The translations under genes and the position numbers were made by a program. Under the pieces are notes generated by a model. That model was not told the DNA's origin, ran no database searches, and saw only the letters and a list, made by a program, of their open reading frames with translations. A stretch of 64,000 bases of DNA from an uncultured Nitrososphaeraceae archaeon. GTDB lineage: Archaea; Thermoproteota; Nitrososphaeria; Nitrososphaerales; Nitrososphaeraceae. This document shows positions 21,410-30,567 of this stretch, one piece after another. Position 1 is the first letter of the stretch, and every line of letters starts with the position of its first letter. Location: contig CAWIMJ010000046.1 of assembly GCA_963837175.1 (NCBI GenBank), positions 1 through 64,000 on the forward strand, given 5' to 3'.

Positions 21410-22131
21410 TAAACATTGACAATGTCTCTTATAGATATAATTCAGCTCTTGTTCTAGAAGACATTTCATTCACAGTCGATAAAGGTGATTTAGTAGGAAT
21501 AATTGGTCCTAATGGTGCCGGCAAAACTACTTTATTTCGTTCAATGCTCGGATTACTGGAAGGCTATCGAGGCAGAATTACATTCTTTGGTGAAGATATT
21601 CGGAAAAATAGAAATATACTTCAAAAGATAGGTTATATCCCGCAGAAAAATTCAATAGATCAAGGATTCCCTGCAACAGTTGAAGAAATTGTTTCATTAG
21701 GAATAACTGGTAAAAAATTATCTAAAAACAAAATAAATTATGCTATCGAAACAGTAGGACTATTTGAGCAGAAGGCGAAAAGAATTGGAGAATTATCTGG
21801 TGGACAACAACAACGAGTTCTCATTGCAAAAGCTCTAGCAAATGAACCCGAATTGTTGATACTTGACGAACCAGTTACAGGAATTGATCTAGAAGCACAG
21901 AACAAATTTTATATTTTGCTAAAGAAATTAAATGAAGACAATAAAATTACGATAATATGGGCCTCTCATGATCTAGATGCAGTAAACAAACTTGCAAATA
22001 AGATTGCATGTGTTAATAGACGCATGTTCTTTCATGGTGATGCTAGAATCTTTTTTGAAAATAATGACCTGCTAAAAGCATATTCTGAATCAGCGATGCA
22101 AGCACACATGCAACTGCACGATCATCGCTAG
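21400..22131 (+). CDS. Metal ABC transporter ATP-binding subunit (ZnuC-like)
   Basis: GPNGAGKTT, IGYIPQ, FPATVEE, LSGGQQQRV, LDEP, SHDL, His-rich end. Confidence 0.93.
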   Translation: MQIVNIDNVSYRYNSALVLEDISFTVDKGDLVGIIGPNGAGKTTLFRSMLGLLEGYRGRITFFGEDIRKNRNILQKIGYIPQKNSIDQGFPATVEEIVSLGITGKKLSKNKINYAIETVGLFEQKAKRIGELSGGQQQRVLIAKALANEPELLILDEPVTGIDLEAQNKFYILLKKLNEDNKITIIWASHDLDAVNKLANKIACVNRRMFFHGDARIFFENNDLLKAYSESAMQAHMQLHDHR

Positions 22132-22144
22132 ATACAAACATGCT

Positions 22145-22950
22145 ATGGAAATTCTTGAATTTGATTTTACACACGAGGAATTATGGCAATAGTTGTCCTC
22201 TCTACAATTGATAAATATTTATTTTATTAAGACTTTACCATTTGCCGATGCATTGTCACCTAGATCTATTTGAATTACAGCACTGAGCTGTTTAAAAATA
22301 TATTTTTCAATATGGACGGCCTCTTCATTTGTACATTATGAGCATCGGAGATACAAAGATTGCTCAATCTACAAAAGCACTTACAACAGATTCACTATCG
22401 TAGCATTGAGATTGAAAGATTAGCAGTTGTATTATGCTGAAAGTTTTCAAATTAATTTGTTATGTATCTTTTTGAGCTTCTGTCTAAGAATATTTTCTAT
22501 GAATGTTAAAGATGCATTGATTTTGCATCAATTGAAATAACCTTCACCATAGTGATGGCAATTATGAATTTATACATACTTCGGAGAAGGGGCCTATATT
22601 AATTTAAAGATCGGATCTTTATTGTAAATCTACAAAACAGCATAAACCAATTTATAATATGTTTTAGTTTATACATTTACCCTTTTAGTACATATGGTAA
22701 ATAATCAAACTTCTCAATTCTATCCTAATATACTGATAGCTTTTCTCTTAACTATGCTCCTTTTCAGATATATACTTTAATAATTCTCGATTAACCTCCT
22801 AATCAAAGATAATATTTATCCCGTGAAGAGGATAAATGGTACAAACAAGAAAGTTTCACTCTACTTATTAGGCACAACTATTTGAAGATACAGAAAGTGG
22901 AGAGATTCCTACTGTCAAGTATTTTAGTCAGATTAAGAATTCTGTTATTA
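22145..22950 (+). pseudogene. Decayed ZnuB-type permease
   Basis: Begins MEILEFDF right after ATPase; FADALS (cf. FGDALSH) at ~22241; no long ORF. 3' end approximate. Confidence 0.6.
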
Positions 22951-22995
22951 ATATTATAATTCAAGTTTTAATAGAAACAATCCTAAATTGAGTAT

Positions 22996-23220
22996 GTGTC
23001 AAATCCAGCAAATGAATTAACACAACTAAAAAGTAGAATTGAATTATATGAAAAAGAATTAAATTATATCACTCAGAAGATAACTGACTTACTTAATGAA
23101 TCTACACTAACAAGTAATGCGGAAGAAGTTGCTAAAATATATGGAATAGCGATATTACAATATCAGAAACTCGTAAAGGCTTACAAGGAATATATTGATT
23201 CATTAGAAAAGAATATTTAA
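22996..23220 (+). CDS. Small coiled-coil hypothetical protein
   Basis: 74 aa, amphipathic helical pattern, TATA-like box upstream. Confidence 0.7.
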   Translation: MSNPANELTQLKSRIELYEKELNYITQKITDLLNESTLTSNAEEVAKIYGIAILQYQKLVKAYKEYIDSLEKNI

Positions 23221-23779
23221 TTGTTGATGGTTGCCAGACAAATCAAAGATATAATGACAAAAAAAAGACGGGACATTTAGTAAACAACAGTATCTCTGAG
23301 AGGTAGTAAGTAAACATTTATTATTTCAAACAATCCACATTTTCTAACAATGTTAGATATGTGATGTTCTTATTGTATTCCTGCTGTGATATCAAATTTA
23401 CTCAATAATTTTTCAAGAATGTGAAGCTAAATGTAGATATTTAGCAGATTGTATTAAGAAAATATACAACAGACTGTGGCAAATTCTGGATATTACAGCT
23501 CATAAACAGGTGATAAAGTAAATCAGAGTAGGCCGTTTTGGACGCAAGAGTATACAACGTAAAGGGCACGTACACAGTATTAAATGTAATAATGATTAAA
23601 AAACTCCTAACTATTTATAGTTCATTGATCGCATAAGTGATATCTGAAAGCCAGTTGTATAGAAATGTATCTGAATCCAATGCAACTCAAAACAGCAATC
23701 ACCCAATACATATGTGGCGACTAGCAGTCTGATAAAGAGAGAATCAGATAGTATATGATCAAATGACTGACTAGTCGCA

Positions 23780-24075
23780 ATATTGAAATGTTGAATCAAA
23801 TATTAGTTAAAAAATAGGTCAAGATCCACATACTCAAGTCCAATTAGTATATCGTGATGAATGCATATGAGAAGATGTGTTTGGAACAGGTATAGGTTTA
23901 ATACTACTAGAGGATCACGATAAATCCAACTGTTAGAGATTGAAATAGAAATGATCAGATAATCAATGCGTGATGATGTATATTATTTTGCACATACACA
24001 GTAAGGAGAAAGATTTCTATTAGGGACTGCTCAATTTAAGGTAAAGCGAAGCCTCTGTGTTTATGCATAACGCTT
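23780..24075 (+). mobile_element. Possible highly decayed TnpB (IS200/IS605) 3' remnant
   Basis: With frameshifts: DP.YSSQ-like (23823-43), PNC-like, D...NA..IL-like (23953-85), then GAAGCCTCTGTGTTTATGCA resembling a right-end motif. Weak. Confidence 0.25.
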
Positions 24076-24188
24076 ATTTATAGTAAGTCTCCGTCTGTTA
24101 AGCAATTTTTTACTTCTCATGCGAAATGTAATATAATTCTATATTAAAGAGTTGAAACTATTATATTGTATTTCGACGTTATGACTCG

Positions 24189-24566
24189 ATGAATAAAACA
24201 ATCACTATCTTATTAGTGGTAACGCTGACTTTCGGACTTATTTTGGCAGCTACAAATTTTGCTGTTTCAACAGTTGCACAGACAGTAACAACTGGCGGTT
24301 CTGGAAATGGCAGTACAGCAATGGATAATGCAACTAATGCTACTACTACAGCAACTGATAATGCAACAACAATGGGCAGTACAGCAATGGATAATGCAAC
24401 TAATGCTACTACTACAGCAACTGATAATGCAACAACAATGGGCAGTACAGCAATGGATAATGCAACTAATGCTACTACTACAGCAACTAGTGATAATGCA
24501 ACAGGTGGAAATAATACAAAGAATCCATTGAGCAATATTCCTATAATAGGAGGTTTCTTTAAGTGA
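24189..24566 (+). CDS. Secreted Thr/Asn/Ala-rich repeat protein
   Basis: Signal peptide ending AQ; 22-aa repeats GSTAMDNATNATTTATDNATTM; tail KNPLSNIPIIGGFFK. Confidence 0.85.
   Translation: MNKTITILLVVTLTFGLILAATNFAVSTVAQTVTTGGSGNGSTAMDNATNATTTATDNATTMGSTAMDNATNATTTATDNATTMGSTAMDNATNATTTATSDNATGGNNTKNPLSNIPIIGGFFK
24309..24503 (+). repeat. 66-bp tandem repeat x~3
   Basis: Units start at 24309, 24375, 24441; first two identical, third with an AGT insertion and truncated. Confidence 0.95.
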
Positions 24567-24979
24567 TATTCATGCAAGAATAGAATTATTGAATAATATG
24601 ATGCAGCGGCTTTATTTTTAACCCGCATCATTGAAACTATTTTTGCTTGTCGTTTTGATTCTATCTTCTCCATGACGTTAGAGTCAAATAGGATTAATTA
24701 TTGTAGTTCGTTTTACTACGTTTACGATGACATCGAGTCTGAATATAATATTATTAAGTGCTTTTGAAAAACATTTTAATTATCAGACAAATACATAACT
24801 GTGAAATACGTTAAGTGGCATTTAAGCATAATTCAAAAAGGGAGTAGAGGAGTAAGATGATAGGTTGTTGATGGATAAATAGTTGATTAATCATTCTTCC
24901 TATCCCGCGTTTTACTTCTTCCACTTAAGATTCGTTAAACGCAAACTTTACACTCTAAGAATCACAGATACACACAGAG

Positions 24980-25588
24980 ATGGCCAATAATAAGGTTTCA
25001 AGTGATTCATTAGAGAAAATTGCTTCAGAAGTGATTGGCTGCCCCCTATGCAAACTTTCGACGAGCAGGATAAATGCTGTGCCAGGCGAGGGTCAACTTT
25101 CATCAAAAATAATCCTCATTGGTGAAGCACCAGGCAAAAATGAAGATGAACAAGGGAAACCCTTTGTCGGTGCTGCAGGAAGGGTTTTGAATCAAGCATT
25201 AGAAAAAGCAGATATAAAAAGAGATGAAGTTTTCATAACAAATGTAGTAAAATGTCGACCTCCAGGTAATAGAGTGCCTGAAAATGACGAACGCTCTATC
25301 TGCAGACAATATCTGTATAGAGAAATTTCACTTATTGCACCGAAAATAATTTGTATTCTAGGAAGTACTGCGTACTCATCAATTCTTGGTGGAAAATCAA
25401 TTACTAAAAACAGGGGAAAAATAGTGGAAAGAAATGGACTAAAGTACTTTCTAACCATCCATCCTGCAGCTGCAATTTATAACAAAGAGTTAAGGTCAGT
25501 ATTAAATAACGATCTCCTTAAGTTATCAAAAGAAATTAAAAAAATAGAATATAATAGTAGAACATTGTTAGATTACAGAACAGATTAG
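24980..25588 (+). CDS. udgA: Uracil-DNA glycosylase family 4 (Fe-S)
   Basis: CPLC.L, GEAPG..ED..G.PFVG.AG, NVVKCRPP.NR, HPAA. Confidence 0.93.
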   Translation: MANNKVSSDSLEKIASEVIGCPLCKLSTSRINAVPGEGQLSSKIILIGEAPGKNEDEQGKPFVGAAGRVLNQALEKADIKRDEVFITNVVKCRPPGNRVPENDERSICRQYLYREISLIAPKIICILGSTAYSSILGGKSITKNRGKIVERNGLKYFLTIHPAAAIYNKELRSVLNNDLLKLSKEIKKIEYNSRTLLDYRTD

Positions 25589-25637
25589 ATTAAATTATAA
25601 CTGCTTTATTATATAATAACCAGTATTATCTGTACAT

Positions 25638-25769
25638 ATGGACCAAGGTGAGCCTGGAGTCGATTACGACGAGCCTAATTTGAATCCATTAATATGTGAT
25701 TTGTGCAAGAAGACGTTCGATAGTTTAGATAAACTTGGAGAACATCAAAAACAGGAACATGATATGTGA
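25638..25769 (+). CDS. 43-aa C2H2 zinc-finger microprotein (not in ORF track)
   Basis: MDQGEPGVDYDEPNLNPLICDLCKKTFDSLDKLGEHQKQEHDM*: C-x2-C-x3-F-x5-L-x2-H-x4-H. Confidence 0.85.
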   Translation: MDQGEPGVDYDEPNLNPLICDLCKKTFDSLDKLGEHQKQEHDM

Positions 25770-26102
25770 TTAATCTTCCTTTTGTGCAAACATAAGAATC
25801 ATGCTATATAAATCTTGAAGTATTATTCTAAAATATACTGTGATCCAATTCAGAATGGTAATATTATTGGGAATGGCATATTATATGAAGCTACTTGAAA
25901 CACACTCTGCATTTGTAAATTATCGATTTTTCAATTGTTTGGATAGTATCATATTATGACAATAATTTGAATCTTAAATATGGGATAAGGAAGCATATAA
26001 AAATAACAAAAAGTCTTGTCTATACTATTACATACCTAAGATCAAGGATACTAACATAAATAACCTAAAGAACCTAAAATAATACGGAAGTCTGATTTTG
26101 AC

Positions 26103-26492
26103 ATGTCATCTGAGGAACAACAGCAAAACGTCGAAAAAATGGCAGCAGCTATTGAAGATCTCTTATACATGGAAGCCATAAAATTCGGCGATGCAGACCA
26201 CCTGAGCGAAAAGGCAATTCTATCAAATCAGTTCTCTATTATCATATCAAATGTAATGACTAATATGAATCTCAAAGAAGATGACGACAATGAGATTATG
26301 AAGTTGATGTACTATTCTCTTTTAATATACATAAATGAGCATTTGAAATTGCCAAAATCATTGACAATGGCTTTGGGTAATGATCTCGAAAAGCGGCGAG
26401 AAGAGATGGAGTCTGGAGAATTGATCTCAAATTACGTAACTGTGTTGCACAGCATATTTACAAAGCAGCGAAAAGATATAAAAAAAATTTAA
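26103..26492 (+). CDS. Hypothetical helical protein
   Basis: 129-aa ORF with normal composition; no motif recognised. Confidence 0.75.
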   Translation: MSSEEQQQNVEKMAAAIEDLLYMEAIKFGDADHLSEKAILSNQFSIIISNVMTNMNLKEDDDNEIMKLMYYSLLIYINEHLKLPKSLTMALGNDLEKRREEMESGELISNYVTVLHSIFTKQRKDIKKI

Positions 26493-26984
26493 CAATCACT
26501 TATCATAAAATGACAAATTATTCAGCATATATCAAATTCCATATTTTACTACCCTGTGAATTCTTGTGTCGAATAACTTCGGGTGTATAATATAGTGAGA
26601 ATGGAATTGAGTTTTACTACTACAGAACGAACTGATGCATCATACGTGATACAAAAAGGCAATCAATTGCTTAAGTTTGAATAGGATAATGATTACCCTG
26701 ATTACCATATAAACTATTGTATTACATGGTAGTCTACATAGCGAATACTCTATCTATTTCTTTAGCCTTTGTAGTTAATCAACAGGTTATCCATGACGGC
26801 TAAATTAACTATACAAATAATGTAATAATTAACAAGGGATTTGATTTTATATTAACTTGTATTTAGAAAGATTGCTATCAATACGTTTGCAAGGTTTTAT
26901 GTTGCTATAGCTGTACGATAACATAATGGATATTAAATAGATATTAAAAAAATCCATATTTCAAGGCGTAGTTTCACTTCTTTT

Positions 26985-29120
26985 TCAAATTGGCAGAATA
27001 TAAGGTGACTTGCAGTATTCACATCTTTCATTAGATTGTGTACTTGATCTTTTACCACAAGTGTTGCACATGAATAGTCTATACACAAGACGGAAAAAAT
27101 GTAGATCTGATGCACTCTCTATTGCGTTCTTTACTTCTATATCAGAAGAAAGCTCGCTTATATCCAGAGTTAATGAAAGACCGCCATTGAGTATATTGTC
27201 TATTGAGTTACATTCTTTAATTACAGAATTATGTTTATTATTGTCAGATAATAATAACTCCCTAGCATTCAATGTTAACCCTTGTGAATACGTAATTGTA
27301 TTTTGTTGATTTGAGTTTAGAAGAGAGATCCTGCCATATTTTTCAGAATCTAGAGTTGCAAATCTTGTAGCACTATCATCATGTATCATAGCAATTCCTA
27401 TAGAGTCTTCTCCAAGATGTTTACCCTGTTCTACGGCTACCTCCACAGCGGTCTTCAAAACTTTTTGCAAAATCTCTGCTCCATCTTTGGAAGTGTCATG
27501 ACCTAAAATTTTATAGACTGACTCTTCTGCTCCAATAAGGTTAATTATAACATTAGTAGTTCCAAGCTGCATAAACTGTGTGCTGTTGGCAATCACAGGA
27601 ATCATTTGTTTCCTTATGAGATCAGCAATAACCTTCTTCCTCAAGGACATTGCAGATAATGCAGGCTTTATCATGAGAGCAAGCCTGGCCCTGAAATAAG
27701 TTTCATCCTTATTAGACTGATATGCTAGTCTTGGAAGATTAATAGAAAGTGATTGTAAGGTCATAACCGTACCAGAAGCCTTGCCCCCTATACTTTTACG
27801 AACACCATTGTTACTTCTAGATCCACTCTGTAATATGGAAATGATACCACCAGCGCGTACTATTGACCCAATAGTATCAGTATAATCCTTTAGTTTGCCA
27901 TTATTGATTAGAGATATTCCTATTCTAGGAACAGGAGTAGAAACAATGTAACTTCTATAACCAGACAATACTGCATCAATTGAATTTTTATCAAATTCAT
28001 CCAATTGAACTGTTATTGTAGTAATAGGAAGTCCGGATGAAGAATAGGATGGTGCTACAGAAGATGCCATCAGAATATTCTCAAATCGTGATGCAATATA
28101 ACTCGGCTCCTTTATGTGATCTTCTAGTAGTAATGGAATAACTCCATCCAGTACAATTTCTGTTGAAACCTCTCGACTTAGAAGCGAAATCAATATAGGC
28201 AGAGCAATTCCAAGGTCATTTGAATTCTTTATCGCTGGTATTCTGGATACATTTAAGAATTTGCCTTTTAAATCTAAACCGGCTTTGGCAAAATCAGCAA
28301 TATTTAGAAATAAGGTATCAGGGAGCAAGCTCCAAATGCCACTGTTAGAGATACTTATTTCACCATTCAAGTGCATATCTGCTATATCTTTTGGGAGTAT
28401 ATTCAGCATGAGATGTTCTGAGAATACAGATTGAGAAGCCTTTGACATTATACTATCAGCTCCGTTCTTCATTGTGTCTATATTATTTATCATTTGTGCA
28501 ACATCAGAGGCAGGTAATCCTAATCTAGCCAACTTGTTTCTATATTCTTCATGTCCATGTTCAATCAACACGGAATTTACCGTTTCTCTAATTAATGAGG
28601 AAGTAAGATAGGAAGTCTGGAATTTGTATATCTTGTTTTCAACCTCTTCTGTGATTTTGTTTGCCTGTTCAAGTGGCATGTTCGCCTCTCTTACTAATGA
28701 CTGGATTATCTTATGGGAATTAAACTCTTCAATTGAATGTCTGGTAGTCCTAACATACATTTTGCCACTTTCAATTATTGATCTCTCTTCTATCTGTCTA
28801 GCAAGGCTCAATACCAATTTACCCAAGTTAGTAATAGTGTAACGTCGTTCTGCCTTGTTAAGAGCAACAAGTGATTGTCTTAATAGTTTTCGTAAATGAT
28901 ATGCAAATTTTCCAGATTCCTTTTTAGACTTAAATCCAGCAAGAGACTTTAACTCCGAATAAGTCAGAGGTCCTTTAGAATTTAAAATACGCAGAATATC
29001 AATTCTATTAGGGCTAGCCATAACAGAAAAAATCATTCTAACTCGCTTTGAGGCAGATTCTAAAACTCCATCTCGCTTTATTTCTGTTTGATATGAATAG
29101 TCGTGACTCAACTGTTCCAT
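26985..29120 (-). CDS. wHTH + ATP-cone + degenerate class III ribonucleotide reductase (NrdD)-like protein
   Basis: ArsR-like RIDILRIL..KGPLTYSEL..FAYHLRKL; ATP-cone YVRTTRHSIEEFN..KI..SL; NrdD-like PKDIADMHLNGEI, SINLPRLA, RFATLD, TYSQG, NGG, CxxC..CxxC. Confidence 0.85.
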   Translation of the reverse strand: MEQLSHDYSYQTEIKRDGVLESASKRVRMIFSVMASPNRIDILRILNSKGPLTYSELKSLAGFKSKKESGKFAYHLRKLLRQSLVALNKAERRYTITNLGKLVLSLARQIEERSIIESGKMYVRTTRHSIEEFNSHKIIQSLVREANMPLEQANKITEEVENKIYKFQTSYLTSSLIRETVNSVLIEHGHEEYRNKLARLGLPASDVAQMINNIDTMKNGADSIMSKASQSVFSEHLMLNILPKDIADMHLNGEISISNSGIWSLLPDTLFLNIADFAKAGLDLKGKFLNVSRIPAIKNSNDLGIALPILISLLSREVSTEIVLDGVIPLLLEDHIKEPSYIASRFENILMASSVAPSYSSSGLPITTITVQLDEFDKNSIDAVLSGYRSYIVSTPVPRIGISLINNGKLKDYTDTIGSIVRAGGIISILQSGSRSNNGVRKSIGGKASGTVMTLQSLSINLPRLAYQSNKDETYFRARLALMIKPALSAMSLRKKVIADLIRKQMIPVIANSTQFMQLGTTNVIINLIGAEESVYKILGHDTSKDGAEILQKVLKTAVEVAVEQGKHLGEDSIGIAMIHDDSATRFATLDSEKYGRISLLNSNQQNTITYSQGLTLNARELLLSDNNKHNSVIKECNSIDNILNGGLSLTLDISELSSDIEVKNAIESASDLHFFRLVYRLFMCNTCGKRSSTQSNERCEYCKSPYILPI

Positions 29121-29225
29121 TGCACCCGTTATTCGAATAAATGATTAAAACTACTTTGTAAATTTTTCTTTACCAATCATATAATAGACCCTACTTCTAT
29201 CAAATTGATTAGCAGGTCAACAGAT

Positions 29226-29841
29226 TTAACTTTCAATCATCATACGATCATTTTTTACTGTGACTTCATCCACTTCTTTTCTGATCCTAACCTCCTGAAT
29301 AGTATTTGGAACTTCTGGTAATCGTGACTTTGCTTCATCTTCAAGTATTCCTTCGACTTCGTTTAATATTGAAAGCGCGTCAGCATCCATAGAAGTTGAA
29401 ATCTTGCCTACCTCTGACTTGATATTGGAGCTATGTAAAACGTCCGATGTCATTGACGTCATCTCTGATAACAAATGGCTTGCTGCTGGAACTGCCCTCG
29501 AAATATCACTTTGAATCTCCTTGATCATGTCAATAGTTGGATTAATGGTATCAAGCACCATGGCGAATTCATTGATAGTACCTGAAGCGAATTAGTACTA
29601 CTTCTAATGCAAGGCTCATGTTTCGCGTAGTCCTCTGAACTCGATGTATATTTGCTAGCTCTATTGCAAGAGATCTTGCCGTAGCATTGTTACCTTCCTT
29701 TATGTTAGCAGCTATTTTATAACGTAAGTCTTTATCCATCATGATGAACTTTTTATCAAGCATATTCAATCGAGTGAGTTGGTTATGAACTACTGTGCTA
29801 GCGGTTAAGATATCACTCATAAATTGTTGATGCTTGCCCAT
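29226..29841 (-). CDS. cdvB: CdvB/ESCRT-III (Snf7) paralogue; one-base frameshift at 29581-2
   Basis: ARSLAIELANIHRV...MSLALEVVLIRF then, removing one G, STINEFAMVLDTINP..; DA.SILNE...ILE.EAKSRLPEVP tail. Joins ORFs 29569-29982 and 29226-29561; start uncertain. Confidence 0.8.
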
Positions 29842-30162
29842 CTTCTTTTCTGTCCAAAGTTGATTATTAAAAATGTTAAAACTAAATGTTAATGTATATA
29901 TACAAAAAGCTGTTACAAAGCTAGCTACAAACTCAAAGTTGACATAAGCTGTAGATGAGCCTAAACCTAAAGTTTCATACATACATCATTAATATATTTT
30001 AGTTATTGCCAACTTTTTGTAATGCAATTGATTGTATTTTGAAAGTAATAAAACAATTCCTAGCAACTACAAAAAATCAATAGGATAACGATCTACTCAA
30101 CTTTTTACATATATTATCCAATAAGTATGTGAAGATATATGTTCTTTGATCAGAAGTAAGAT

Positions 30163-30531
30163 CTAAAGCTTCTGTAACAAAAGACCATGTTTTGGATCAA
30201 AGCCAGCTACTTTGACTGTTGTTCCTATAGGTAGATCTTTAGGGGTTACAATGCTAGGAAGAAACCCTGATGCTCTAAATGGCGCATTATCTACCTTGAA
30301 AATGACCCATGCATACGACTCGGCATCTTCAAATCCTTCCGGCGCTACAGCTTGGATTGTATAAGTGACCACCTTACCAATTCCTTCTAATTCGATAGAT
30401 TCGAATTTGCTACCAGAGCATTTTTCACAATAGTTTACTGTCTCTAGCATTGTATGTCCGCAATTTGAACATTTGTTGGCAAGAATTTTATTTTTCTTAG
30501 CAGATGCGATAAATTTCTCTCGTGCACTCAT
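30163..30531 (-). CDS. DUF35 Zn-ribbon/OB-fold protein (thiolase partner)
   Basis: KCSNCG......CEKC.S, G.VVTYT; directly downstream of thiolase. Confidence 0.9.
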   Translation of the reverse strand: MSAREKFIASAKKNKILANKCSNCGHTMLETVNYCEKCSGSKFESIELEGIGKVVTYTIQAVAPEGFEDAESYAWVIFKVDNAPFRASGFLPSIVTPKDLPIGTTVKVAGFDPKHGLLLQKL

Positions 30532-30567
30532 ACCTGTTATTACCCGTTAGCCCCAGACAGTATTGTT

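Noticed and set aside
24309-24503. Possible CRISPR array
   Set aside because: Tandem in-frame coding repeats with no unique spacers and no cas genes.
24179-24673. Minus-strand 164-aa hydrophobic repeat ORF and +1-frame 24307-24531 ORF
   Set aside because: Shadows of the repeat in 24189-24566, which has a signal peptide.
29842-29982. Long N-terminal extension of cdvB in the track
   Set aside because: Runs through TATA-like and repeat elements; likely promoter, although the exact start is uncertain.
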